36,943 bases of DNA from Pseudomonadota bacterium (GTDB lineage Bacteria > Bdellovibrionota_B > Oligoflexia > Oligoflexales > CAIYRB01), in assembly GCA_031416315.1 (NCBI GenBank), contig JANOTL010000050.1:1-36943 (forward strand). The letters run 5' to 3'. Positions within the stretch are counted from its first letter, which is position 1, and every line of letters begins with the position of its first letter. Shown one piece after another: positions 27,431 to 36,910 of the stretch. Below the pieces are notes generated by a model, which did not search any database, was not told where the DNA came from, and saw nothing but the letters and a program-made list of their open reading frames with translations. Both the position numbers and the translations under genes were made by a program.

Positions 27431-29335
27431 TCAATGCACCCAAGTCTCGGTCGCAGCAGCCAAAATCGGCCGCGTCAACGGCGCCTCGAGCCTCGGACCC
27501 AAGCGCTCCAGCAGGCGCAGCAGCGCGGCACGGTCCACCGGCTTCGGCAGATGCTCGTCAAAGCCGGCGCTCAAGGCCCGCTCCCGCTCCTCTTTCATCG
27601 CGTAGGCCGTCAAGGCGACCACCGGCCCGGAATAGCCGCGGGAGCGCAGCTCGGCCGCCGCGCGATAGCCGTCCATCACCGGCATCTGGATGTCCATGAG
27701 GACAACGTCGAAATGGTCCGCCATCGCGCGGGTGACCCCGTCCTGACCATTCCCGGCGAGCTCGACCACGGCGCCGGCGAGCTTCAAATAGTGGCCGATG
27801 ATGAGCTGATTGTCTGGGCTGTCCTCGACGAGCAAGACCCGCATCTCGCGTAGGCGCGCGACGGGCAGGGTCGGCTTGGCCGCTTCGGCAATGGTCTCAC
27901 CGTGCGGGACGGCGCATGCGCCTCCGGTCGCGATCGACAGCGTGAAGGTCGAGCCGCCGCCGGCCGCCGTCGTCGTCAGCTCCAAATCGCCGCCGAGCTC
28001 GCGCGCCAACTTCCGCGACAGGGCGAGCCCGAGTCCGGTGCCACCGTACTTTTTGCTGGAGGCCAAGCTCGCTTGGTTGAACGCCTCAAAGAGGTTCTCG
28101 GCGTTTTGAGGCTCGATACCGCAGCCGGTGTCGCGCACCACGAAGGAGAGGCGCGGTTGATCCGGGCTCGCCTCCACGCTCAGAAAGATCTCGCCCGTCT
28201 GCGTGAACTTCACGGCGTTGCCGAGCATGTTCAGAAGGATCTGCCGGAGGCGCATCGGATCGGTCACGACGCGCTCGGGGACGTTATCGAGCACGTCGGA
28301 GCGTAGTTGTACGCCCTTCTGCTCCGCCTTGGGCTCGATCATCGCCGTCACTTCGTGCACGAGCTCGAGCACGTTGACCGGGAGGCGATCGATCCGCAAG
28401 TTTCCCGACTCGACCTTGGTCAGGTCGAGGATGTCGTCGATGATGTTGCGCAGGAGCTCGCCGTTGCGCTTGATCGCGTTGGCGTAGTTGTGGCGCTCGG
28501 CTTGCGGCTGGCGCTCGTTGAGCAGGAGCTCCGAGTAGCCGAGCACCGCGGCGAGCGGCGTGCGGATCTCGTGGCTCATGTTGGCGAGGAACGTGCTCTT
28601 GGTGCGGCTGGCCTCGTCCGCGACGTCCTTCGCGTGCCGCAGCGCCTCCTCCGCCTCTTTATGCTTAGTGATATCGCTCATCAGCGCCACGACGCCGCGA
28701 ACAACGCCCGAATCGTCGCAGTCCGGCACATAAGTGACGCTGACCCGGCGTGGCGCATCCCTCACGATCGTCGTCTCGAAGCTCACCTCGCGTCCCGCGA
28801 GAGCCTCCGCGAGCCGCGGCGCGACGTCCTCGTAAAGTCGTGGCGGCATCATCTCGCGCAGCGGCTTGCCGACGTATTCCTTTTGCGCCCGTCCCCACCA
28901 CTGCTCGTACGTGCGGTTCACGTAAACGTAACGTTCGTTGCGGTCGACGTAAGCGACGAGCCACGGCATCGAGTTGGTGATGATTCTGAGCTGCGCCTGA
29001 AACTCGGAGTTCAGACGCCTGAGATCCGCGCGTCGCGGCATCGCCGCGAGGCGCTTCACGACCGAGCGCACCGCGACCGTTCCGGAAACGGCGGAAACCA
29101 GCAGCACGAGCTTGAGCGCGCCGTCGAGCCAAAGAGGCGGCGCGAAAAACGGCGCCAGCCCTTCGATGATGAAGTAGGCGCTCGCCGTGGCGCCCAAGAT
29201 CGCGAAGAGGCGGGTCGTCCGCGGTGGCACGAGGTCCTTGTTCGCCATGCAATAACGCTGGACTGCGAACGCCAGCACGCAGACGGCGGCGCCGATGACG
29301 AGCGACAGGAGTCCAGCAATCAGGGATACGTCCAA
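27431..29335 (-). CDS. Hybrid sensor histidine kinase (3 TM - PAS - HisKA - HATPase - receiver)
   Basis: FLANMSHEIRTPL, NMLGNAVKFT, DTGCGI, GGTGLGL; receiver motifs LLVEDSPDN and LMDIQMPVMDG; PAS motifs YVNRTYEQWWG and DITKHK. Confidence 0.95.
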   Translation of the reverse strand: MDVSLIAGLLSLVIGAAVCVLAFAVQRYCMANKDLVPPRTTRLFAILGATASAYFIIEGLAPFFAPPLWLDGALKLVLLVSAVSGTVAVRSVVKRLAAMPRRADLRRLNSEFQAQLRIITNSMPWLVAYVDRNERYVYVNRTYEQWWGRAQKEYVGKPLREMMPPRLYEDVAPRLAEALAGREVSFETTIVRDAPRRVSVTYVPDCDDSGVVRGVVALMSDITKHKEAEEALRHAKDVADEASRTKSTFLANMSHEIRTPLAAVLGYSELLLNERQPQAERHNYANAIKRNGELLRNIIDDILDLTKVESGNLRIDRLPVNVLELVHEVTAMIEPKAEQKGVQLRSDVLDNVPERVVTDPMRLRQILLNMLGNAVKFTQTGEIFLSVEASPDQPRLSFVVRDTGCGIEPQNAENLFEAFNQASLASSKKYGGTGLGLALSRKLARELGGDLELTTTAAGGGSTFTLSIATGGACAVPHGETIAEAAKPTLPVARLREMRVLLVEDSPDNQLIIGHYLKLAGAVVELAGNGQDGVTRAMADHFDVVLMDIQMPVMDGYRAAAELRSRGYSGPVVALTAYAMKEERERALSAGFDEHLPKPVDRAALLRLLERLGPRLEAPLTRPILAAATETWVH

Positions 29336-29410
29336 GAAATCAGCCTTTTTGACGGAGACCCATTTGACGGAGAACTAGCACGTTTTAGGCATGGCACCAA
29401 ATAGGGCAAA

Positions 29411-29445
29411 TCGCCCTTGAGTTAAGAGTCCTTAACTCAGGGCGA
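29411..29445. promoter_or_regulatory. Inverted repeat in the divergent intergenic region (candidate operator or hairpin)
   Basis: TCGCCCTTGAGTTAAG-AGTC-CTTAACTCAGGGCGA: 15 paired bases with a single bulge. Confidence 0.55.
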
Positions 29446-29517
29446 CTACGAGAAGTCCCCTTATTGGGCTATCATGGAGGCAATCCTTACAACTCAATCC
29501 ATCGCAGGACTGTCGCC

Positions 29518-31665
29518 ATGAAGTTGACTGGAACGGGCGGAGCTTTCGTCGCGGTTTTCGGCCTTGGGCTGGCGCTCGCCGCCGCTTCGAGCTGCCGCCC
29601 GCGCACGGACGACAAGGCCGGATTGCGCTCGGACGCCTCCGCGGACGTCGACCAGGCTAAGAGCAAGGTCAGCATCGCCAAGGGCAAGGGCAAGGGCAAC
29701 ACCTTCGAGGTGCGCTTCTACCACGATGCCCGGGTCACCGACGGCCAGGGCTTGACCCTGAAATGGGATGTCGTCTCCAACTATTCCGACGTCGAGGTCG
29801 ACTGCGCCAAGCTCTCGCGCTCGAGCTCCGTCACGCACAAGGTCGACCTCGCGAAGTCGGCCGGCGAGCAACAGTTCGGCGGCTTCGACGTCGAGGTCGA
29901 GGGCGAGCTGTTCAAGAAGTGCACTGATGCCGGCGAGAACAACGGCAAGCTTTCTCAGGCCTGCCAGGCCTCCGGCGATTGGAACGGCCCGAAGCGGCTG
30001 GAAGGCTGCATCTATGCGGACGCCCAAGCGACGCAGCTCGTCGGCCGCGGCTGGGGCTATCCGAAAGACGGCGACGACGTCATGAGCGGCTTCGGCCTGG
30101 GCGACGCGATCCCCGACATCGACGAGGTCGTGAACTACGGCAAGGTCTGCGCCAACCGCCTCGGCGACCTGCCGCCCTGGGATTGCCGCGACGGCCAGAT
30201 CATTCCCATCAAAATCAACGGCGTCGAGCCGGCTTTCGGCACCTACAAGGCGAAAGCGAAATGCGACGCGCCGGCCTACCTCGGCCTCGGTACGGACGGC
30301 CAGTGCGTCCCATACGCTCGCGTCGGCAAGCTCAAGACCTCGAACGCCAACGTCGACACCGTTTACGTCTGCCGCCGCTATAAGATCGGCGACTCCTTCG
30401 ACTCAGCCGGCAACGTCACCAACCCCTGGCCGGCGGATAAGGCCTGGCACAACGACGTCGCCGTCATCCAGCACGACCGCTCGACCGGCGAGACCTGCTG
30501 GTATCAGGCCCTCTCCGGTTTTCAGCCGGGCGAGCGTCCGCTCCCGACCTGGCGCGTGCCGCCGCCACACGAAGAGTCGTTGCCTGCCGACGTCGTCCAA
30601 AAGAACGCCACCTTGCCCGCAGCCGACCGGGCCCTGAGCGCCAAAGAGTTCTGGATCAAGCCCACCGCCTCGGGCACCGTCGAAAACGGGTTCGCTTGCA
30701 TCAAGTGCCACGATTCTGACCCCTTCATGCTCTCGCCTTACCTCATGCAGGTCACCGAGAAGGTCCAAGGCGTCGACCAGTACTTCATCCCATGCGACCC
30801 GTCGAAGCCGGGCCAGTCGCCGAAGCGCCTCTGCAAGACCCCCGAGGCGAAGGGCAACTACTCGCAGGTCTCGAAGCAGCACCAGCCGCCGCGCTGGAAG
30901 CACTCGTTCGCCTTGACGCCGAAGGATCCCACCGCCAAAGAGTGCGTGAGCTGCCATCGCATCGGCACGCACAACACCTGCAAGCTCTGGGTCAAAGAGT
31001 CGGTCGCCGCCACCGCGCACTTCTCCCAGTTCCGCTCCACCAAATCCCTCAGCTATCCCGACAACCGCTGGATGCCGGTGCGTCCGGACGCGAAGATGCA
31101 TGCCTACGGGACGCTCCCGGCATGGGAAGCGGACTTCAAGAAGTCGGTCGCCGCGATCAACGACTGCTGCTCGCTTTATGCCGGCCTCCCGGGATCGCAG
31201 TCGGCCTTCGACCAAAAGTGCGACATCGAGCCTTTGATCACGCTGCCGCCCGAAGGCGGCAACACCGGCGGCTCGACGGTCACGCTCAAGTCCGCGGCTG
31301 ACGTCGTCATCCCCGACAACGACGCGAACGGCGTCATGATCCCGCTCGCCGGCGCCGTCCCGGCCGACAAGCCGATCCGGGCGATCTCGGTCAAAGTCTC
31401 CGTGCGCCATCCCTACATCGGCCACGTGAAGCTCGAGCTCCTCCACGGCGGCCAGACCGCGCTGATCTACGACGGCGCCGCCGCCGACATCCCGGCCGAG
31501 GCGAACCTCGAGCTGACCGCGAAGACCGGAACGAGCGACTCGCCCCTCGCCGCGATGCTGTCGCAATCGGCCGCCGGCGCTTGGCAGATCCGCGCCACGG
31601 ACGCGACCAAGCACGAGAAGGGCAAGCTCTCCAGCGCCACTCTCGAAGTCACCCTCGCCGACTGA
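29518..31665 (+). CDS. Cys-rich lipoprotein with two CxxCH heme-c motifs and a C-terminal proprotein-convertase P-domain-like module, 715 aa
   Basis: Lipobox ASS-C; CIKCH (30697-30711) and CVSCH (30943-30957); C-terminus IPDND...VSVRHPYIGHVKLEL...GAWQIRATD...GKLSSATL. Confidence 0.8.
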   Translation: MKLTGTGGAFVAVFGLGLALAAASSCRPRTDDKAGLRSDASADVDQAKSKVSIAKGKGKGNTFEVRFYHDARVTDGQGLTLKWDVVSNYSDVEVDCAKLSRSSSVTHKVDLAKSAGEQQFGGFDVEVEGELFKKCTDAGENNGKLSQACQASGDWNGPKRLEGCIYADAQATQLVGRGWGYPKDGDDVMSGFGLGDAIPDIDEVVNYGKVCANRLGDLPPWDCRDGQIIPIKINGVEPAFGTYKAKAKCDAPAYLGLGTDGQCVPYARVGKLKTSNANVDTVYVCRRYKIGDSFDSAGNVTNPWPADKAWHNDVAVIQHDRSTGETCWYQALSGFQPGERPLPTWRVPPPHEESLPADVVQKNATLPAADRALSAKEFWIKPTASGTVENGFACIKCHDSDPFMLSPYLMQVTEKVQGVDQYFIPCDPSKPGQSPKRLCKTPEAKGNYSQVSKQHQPPRWKHSFALTPKDPTAKECVSCHRIGTHNTCKLWVKESVAATAHFSQFRSTKSLSYPDNRWMPVRPDAKMHAYGTLPAWEADFKKSVAAINDCCSLYAGLPGSQSAFDQKCDIEPLITLPPEGGNTGGSTVTLKSAADVVIPDNDANGVMIPLAGAVPADKPIRAISVKVSVRHPYIGHVKLELLHGGQTALIYDGAAADIPAEANLELTAKTGTSDSPLAAMLSQSAAGAWQIRATDATKHEKGKLSSATLEVTLAD

Positions 31666-31699
31666 GCGGACCTCTAAACACCCCGGAACGGACTGAAGG

Positions 31700-33730
31700 A
31701 TGAAGACCATGAATCCCGCTCGCACCAAGACCTTCCGTGTCGCTCTCGCGTCGTCGATCGCCGTCCTCGCGCTCGGCGTGACCCTCACCACCGCTTGCCG
31801 CTCGCCAGGAAGTGGCGCGGGCCTTAAGGACGCTGAGCCGCGTCCCGAAGAAAGGCGCCTGGACGAGGCCGCGCCGCAAGCGATGTCCGCCGCGGCCGCG
31901 CAAGCCGCTCCGACCGATCCCGAGACGGTCGCCACCATCGGCATCCTGAAAATGATCGGCGCCAACTCGCAGTTCATCACGCCCCCGCCCGGCGGCGGCG
32001 GCACCGCCTGCGCCGGGGCGTGCCACGGCTCCGGCCCTTGGCACTCCGCGGTCGGCAAGGACCAGGTGAAGAAGTGGGGCAAAAAGATGCAGGACACGCA
32101 GGCCTGCTTCGACGCAACCGCCGACTTCAAGCAGAAGCGTCTCTGTCTCCTCGCCAATCCGGCTGACGCCAACTCGCCCTATGACCACGCCAAGCTCGGC
32201 TTTTACCGCGCCGGTGTGCGCACCTCCCACTTCAGGAAGATGTTCACCGCCTCGTTCGGCATCGTCCAAGGCCGGACGAAGTGGAGGGAGTTTGCCAACG
32301 CCTCGATCATGCCCGAGAAGGCGGCCGAGGGCGCGCAGATGTCGAACGCCGACTTCGAGAAGCTGCGCAAGTGGGTCGTCGGCGGCATGAAGAAGCTCGA
32401 CGAGGCTTTCGGCGGCGAGGTCGTCGACCCGATCGGCGGCGAGTGCGTCGACGAGTCGACCGACGAGCTCAAGGCCCACATCGAGAAGATGAAGACCGAA
32501 GGCTGGGGCTGGAAGAACGTCAACAGCGAGCAGGTCTCGATGTTCGGCTGCCCCGAGCGCCAAGGCGAGTACGACGAGCTCGGCTCGCCGCTCGAGTGCT
32601 TCATGGACGACGCCAGATTCCCGCTCGCGCACCAGCAGGCTTTCGCCAAGAGCTGGGCCGAGAAGCACTCGCCGACCGGCACCGCCATCACGCAGCGCAT
32701 CCGCATCGTGAAAGAGCTGCCGTTCCAGTCGACCTTCTGGCTGCGCAGCTCCGCCGACGGGCGCTTCACCAGCTCCGGCCTGCGTTTTGGCGTGCCGGAA
32801 GGCTTGAGCACGATCCCCGGCACCTCCGACGGCTTCATCGCCGACCTCAAAGACCCCGCGCGTCCTTACATCGGCGTCACCGGCCCCTACGATCCGGGCT
32901 TCTTCCCGGACAACAAGGGCTGGACCTTCATGACCGGCGGCGACGGCGCTTACTTCTGCAGCCAGGCGCTCCTCGAGGACCCCTCGACCAAGTTCGTGGA
33001 CCTCGCCGCCGAGACGACCTACTGCGGCAAATCCGACATGAGCGTCTACCAGCACGTCGGCGCGATGCTCGGCGGCGGCGACTACTTCGTCGTGCGCTCC
33101 GACAACTACGCGAACGACGACGGCAGCGTCGGGGACTACCTCAACGACCCGAGCGTCGAGCCGTTCGCCAAAGACAACAGCATCATGGAGCTGTACCCGA
33201 TGCAGGAGTCGGGCACCAAGTTCAAGATCCAGGAGGCGGTGAAGATCCCCTTGGTCCGCGAAGGCGACTTCGGCATCTCGCCCTCCGCCGCCATCATCAC
33301 CTCGCGCATCGCCAACAAGGTCGGCGGCGGCGCGAAGCAGGTCGGCTACCGCCTGCGCACCTTCGACATCGCGACCAAGACGACGAAGGCAGTCGGTACC
33401 GTCTGTCTCAAGGGCGGCAAGGCGACGATGTCCTTCAACGAGCGCGTCTTCGCCACGCACCATTACACGGACAAGGACGACGCCAAGAACCTCCGCATGG
33501 AGCCGACGGATCCGAAGTTCACGGAGCTGGTCTCCAACTCGGCGAACATCTGGGTCCAGGACCTGAAGAATCCGAAGCAGAAGCTGCGCCTCACGAAGAT
33601 GGGCAAGGGTCAGTTCGCGCTCTATCCGCACTTCCGCGCGGACGGCTGGCTCTACTTCCTGGTGCGCGACATCAATACGCAAAAGGATTACGTGGTCGCC
33701 TCCGACGCCGCCATCCGCATGCAGAAGTGA
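31700..33730 (+). CDS. Lipoprotein with a CX3CH putative heme motif and a C-terminal beta-propeller-like region, 676 aa
   Basis: Lipobox TTA-C; CAGACH (32009-32026); TolB/PD40-like blades SANIWVQDL...YPHFRADGWLYF. Confidence 0.75.
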   Translation: MKTMNPARTKTFRVALASSIAVLALGVTLTTACRSPGSGAGLKDAEPRPEERRLDEAAPQAMSAAAAQAAPTDPETVATIGILKMIGANSQFITPPPGGGGTACAGACHGSGPWHSAVGKDQVKKWGKKMQDTQACFDATADFKQKRLCLLANPADANSPYDHAKLGFYRAGVRTSHFRKMFTASFGIVQGRTKWREFANASIMPEKAAEGAQMSNADFEKLRKWVVGGMKKLDEAFGGEVVDPIGGECVDESTDELKAHIEKMKTEGWGWKNVNSEQVSMFGCPERQGEYDELGSPLECFMDDARFPLAHQQAFAKSWAEKHSPTGTAITQRIRIVKELPFQSTFWLRSSADGRFTSSGLRFGVPEGLSTIPGTSDGFIADLKDPARPYIGVTGPYDPGFFPDNKGWTFMTGGDGAYFCSQALLEDPSTKFVDLAAETTYCGKSDMSVYQHVGAMLGGGDYFVVRSDNYANDDGSVGDYLNDPSVEPFAKDNSIMELYPMQESGTKFKIQEAVKIPLVREGDFGISPSAAIITSRIANKVGGGAKQVGYRLRTFDIATKTTKAVGTVCLKGGKATMSFNERVFATHHYTDKDDAKNLRMEPTDPKFTELVSNSANIWVQDLKNPKQKLRLTKMGKGQFALYPHFRADGWLYFLVRDINTQKDYVVASDAAIRMQK

Positions 33731-33738
33731 CGTGACCC

Positions 33739-35268
33739 ATGAACGGACGGGCGCTCGCACTCGCACTCGCAGCGGTCGGCCTTGGCTCCTTGACGTATTC
33801 CTGCCGGCCGAGGCGGGACGCCTTCGAGCCCAAGGCCACGCCCGAAGACCGTAAGGTCATCGGCGCCGCCGCCGTCCTCGCGCACGATCGCGAGGCCGGC
33901 GACGGCGACGAGGCCAAGCTCAAGACCTTTGCCGGCCGCCGCGAGGTCGCCTGGCGCATGGTCGAGCGCATGCTCGCGCCGGCGAAGATCGGCACGTCGG
34001 ACGGCCTCGAGACCTTTCGGCCCGGCGCCGAGGCGAGCTTGCCTCTGTGGCAGACCTGGTACGACTCCGGCGAGTTCGTCGAGATCTTCAAGCGCCTTTA
34101 CACGGGCCTCGGGAAAGACGGCCGCCAGGCCAAGCGCCCCTTCTGCCCAAAAGACATCCGAGACGTGCACCAGGTCCACGCGGGTAAGACCTTGAAAGGC
34201 TGGACGCCGCAGAAGCTCGAGCAAAGGCTCGGCCAGCTGAAGTCGCAAGAAGACGTGCGCGGCGTCTCCGGAAAAGGCGTGACCCTATTCAGCCCGGGCG
34301 CCATAGGCGGCCTCCTCGCGAACTACGGCACGATCCTGAAATGCCCCGACGTCCAAAAGCTCGTGACGCGCACGACGCCGCCGCCCACGGAGAAGAACTT
34401 CTCGGCGTGCATGGACCGCGAGTTTCCCGCGGGCGACGAGCGCGGCGTCCCGGTCGACGCGGCGGCTTACGCGCATTGTGGCGACATCGACGCGAGCGCG
34501 CCGAAATTCGACTACGGGATGGACGGCGTCGCGGTGGCGGTGAAGACCGCGTGGAACGTCGCGCACCGCGACGAGCTCGGCGCCTTCGACACGAGCGGGC
34601 CCGCGATCGAGGCCATGATGAAGACGGGCGAGTGGGGCGCGGCGAAGCTGATCAAGGACTCTGACCTGAATCCCGGTAACATTTACACGATCAAGCTCCA
34701 GCCGAGCCTGCGCGAATACTGGCTCTCGGGGATCCATTTCGCGGCGAAGACCACGCGCCACTGGCTCTGGATCACTTTGTGGTGGTCCGACGAGCCCGAC
34801 ACCGACTTCGGCGCCGACCGACCGGAGTCGTTGAAGCGCATGGGCCCCTGGGGCAACTACAAGATGTGCGTCGTCTCGGACTACAACGAGTCCGATCCTG
34901 ACCCGGCGGGGAGCCTCGAGAAGCTTTATCCGTCGCTCGCCGCCGCGGTGAAGGGCGGCGCGGCGCGCTATCCGTCGAGCACCTGGTGCTCCAACCCTTA
35001 CATAGAGCTCGGCAAGGGGAACGCGCGCACGAACTGCATCGGCTGCCATCAGCATGCGGGCACGGCCGAGGTCCCCGACGAGGTGTTCGCCGACGACCCG
35101 GCGGATAAGGCGAACGCCGAGCGGCGCGCGAAATATCCGAACGACGGCCGGTCTCAGGTGCGCTCGAGCTTCCCGGCGGACTATCTGTGGTCGATGACGC
35201 ACAGCCCCGACTTCTTCGCGACGAAGATGCGGGGGAAAGCGTACGAGATGGATCTGTCGGACAAGTAG
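33739..35268 (+). CDS. Lipoprotein with a single C-terminal CxxCH heme-c motif, 509 aa
   Basis: Lipobox TYS-C; LSGIHFAAKTTRHWLWITLWW; TNCIGCHQH (35035-35049); 8 bp gap from the previous gene. Confidence 0.8.
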   Translation: MNGRALALALAAVGLGSLTYSCRPRRDAFEPKATPEDRKVIGAAAVLAHDREAGDGDEAKLKTFAGRREVAWRMVERMLAPAKIGTSDGLETFRPGAEASLPLWQTWYDSGEFVEIFKRLYTGLGKDGRQAKRPFCPKDIRDVHQVHAGKTLKGWTPQKLEQRLGQLKSQEDVRGVSGKGVTLFSPGAIGGLLANYGTILKCPDVQKLVTRTTPPPTEKNFSACMDREFPAGDERGVPVDAAAYAHCGDIDASAPKFDYGMDGVAVAVKTAWNVAHRDELGAFDTSGPAIEAMMKTGEWGAAKLIKDSDLNPGNIYTIKLQPSLREYWLSGIHFAAKTTRHWLWITLWWSDEPDTDFGADRPESLKRMGPWGNYKMCVVSDYNESDPDPAGSLEKLYPSLAAAVKGGAARYPSSTWCSNPYIELGKGNARTNCIGCHQHAGTAEVPDEVFADDPADKANAERRAKYPNDGRSQVRSSFPADYLWSMTHSPDFFATKMRGKAYEMDLSDK

Positions 35269-35293
35269 GGTTTGGGGGCGAGAGGGCGAGGGT

Positions 35294-35350
35294 GCTGCGC
35301 GCGGCGTTTTTTGCGGCTTCGCCGCGGCGCTGCGCGCGGCTTTTCTTGCT
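35294..35350 (+). repeat. Short direct repeats flanking a hairpin, between convergent genes
   Basis: GCTGCGCGCGGC at 35294-35305 and 35329-35340, each followed by a T-rich run, flanking the hairpin GCGGC-TTC-GCCGC. Confidence 0.5.
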
Positions 35351-35389
35351 CCTTGGCGGCGCAAGGTTAGGGATGCCTCCGGCGGGGAC

Positions 35390-36415
35390 TCACCCTCGGC
35401 GAGCAAGAATCTCGCCGCATGGAGCCGAGCGTCGGACGGCCGGCGTCGGGGAACGCTGCGAGAACGTGCGTCGCGTGAACATTGCGTGGTGAGCGCTGCA
35501 GAGGTGGCGGGCGTTTTCCAGGGTGTTCGGGCCGCCTAGGGAGGCCGGGTGGACGTGGTCGTACTCGCCGAAGGTGCGTTCGGTGCATCGTTTGCCCGTG
35601 CGCGCGACGTAGGTGCATTGGCCGCCGGAGATTTTGTGGGCGGCGTCTTTCACCGCGATCGGGAAACGGTTGGAGGGGGCGCTCGCCTTCGGCTTTGCGC
35701 GTTTGGGAGCTTGAGGGGCGGCGGGCATAGGGGTGCGCTTAGCGGCGCGCCGTTCGCGGCGTTGCAGGCGTTGCATGGGGTCACACTTGTCCAAGAGGGC
35801 GTCGAGGGCCTTCTCGATGATCGTGTCCACGTCTTGACCGCGCGCCAGCTCTTGGGCGCGCCGGAGCTTTTTCAGCGTTGCTTCGCTCGCGCTGAAGTGG
35901 ACGCGCTGCTTGATTGCCATGGTTTCGCGCTTCGGCTCCCCCGCGGCGGTCGCATCGAGCTGCGTGATGGTTGGTTCCGCGCGGAACTCGAAGGTTTTTG
36001 CGGCGGGCGCCGGCGGCGCCGGCACGATGTCCCGCTTGGCTTTCCCGGGGCGCGCGGCAATTTGCTGCGCCTCCTCCAGCGTCATCCCATCCGCTTTCGA
36101 CAGACACTCCGGCTTGTCTGCCAAGACCGCGACGACGCAGAGGCTCACCCGACCGTCGCGGATCCGCGGCAACAGCGCCGCATCCGCCGCCACGGCCCCC
36201 GCAGCCTTGCTCCACCGCCACGCCATGGATTTTGAAAACCCCAGCCCACCGACGCAGTACACGAACAAGCTCGCGTACCCCTCCGTCAGATACAACTCCC
36301 GCGTCGCCACCTCGGCGAGCAACGCGATGCCATCCGCCGTGCACTCCCGCACGTACGTGACTTGGCTCTTCAGCGCCACTTGCAGCTCAACGTTGCTGAG
36401 TCCATTGACGTCCAT
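35390..36415 (-). CDS. HNH endonuclease with DUF222-like N-terminus, 341 aa
   Basis: C-terminus CTYVARTGKRC...EYDHVHPASLGGPNTLENARHLCSAHH; N-terminus ELYLTEGYASLFVYC..LGFS; AGGAGA SD. Confidence 0.88.
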   Translation of the reverse strand: MDVNGLSNVELQVALKSQVTYVRECTADGIALLAEVATRELYLTEGYASLFVYCVGGLGFSKSMAWRWSKAAGAVAADAALLPRIRDGRVSLCVVAVLADKPECLSKADGMTLEEAQQIAARPGKAKRDIVPAPPAPAAKTFEFRAEPTITQLDATAAGEPKRETMAIKQRVHFSASEATLKKLRRAQELARGQDVDTIIEKALDALLDKCDPMQRLQRRERRAAKRTPMPAAPQAPKRAKPKASAPSNRFPIAVKDAAHKISGGQCTYVARTGKRCTERTFGEYDHVHPASLGGPNTLENARHLCSAHHAMFTRRTFSQRSPTPAVRRSAPCGEILARRG

Positions 36416-36723
36416 CGCAGTCTCCTTCTTCTCGCGACGAACGCGTTATACACCCGAATTTTTAGGCCTCCGCCGAGCCTCCCCTGCGCCCGAACTCCCC
36501 TTCCCGCAATCCTCGCGAGTCATCGAAGCGAAACGCCGGCCAGAGCCGCCGCAAGCCAGCCGAGCCCACACTTCACGCCCACTCCGCGACCCTTCAGGAA
36601 ACGCGTCGCAAAACGACGTCAAGCGACATTTTCCAAGTTCCTCGCGAAACCAACCTCGATCCGACGGCGCTAACCATAACCAGCGCGACCAAACGGAAAT
36701 CCCTGCAAAAGCAGCGCGCATAA

Positions 36724-36834
36724 CGCGGACAATAGACCGCAGAACGCAGCGCGCAGACCGCAGACCGCAGACCGCAGACCGCAGACCGCAGACCGCAGAC
36801 CGCAGACCGCAGACCGCAGACCGCAGACCGCAGA
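36724..36834 (+). repeat. Heptamer tandem repeat (CGCAGAC)n
   Basis: 11 perfect copies at 36752-36828, one partial copy after, and four degenerate in-register units at 36724-36751. Confidence 0.95.
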
Positions 36835-36868
36835 GCCAATCACTCACCACAGCCGCTGCTTCCCCCCC

Positions 36869-36910
36869 GTAGCAAGGAGCGTGACGCCGCCGCGGCGGCG
36901 CGCTCCTTGC
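36869..36910 (+). repeat. GTAG-led hairpin, REP-like
   Basis: GTAG at 36869-36872; arms GCAAGGAGCG (36872-36881) / CGCTCCTTGC (36901-36910) enclose the perfect palindrome CGCCGCCGCGGCGGCG. Confidence 0.55.

Noticed and set aside
31649..33766. Long antisense ORFs (705 aa here; also 19123-20898, 30403-32172, 2636-3616 and others)
   Set aside because: They are shadows of well-supported genes on the opposite strand, expected at high GC, with no motifs of their own.
36724..36834. Repeat array as a possible CRISPR
   Set aside because: Units are 7 bp head-to-tail with no spacers, and there are no cas genes.
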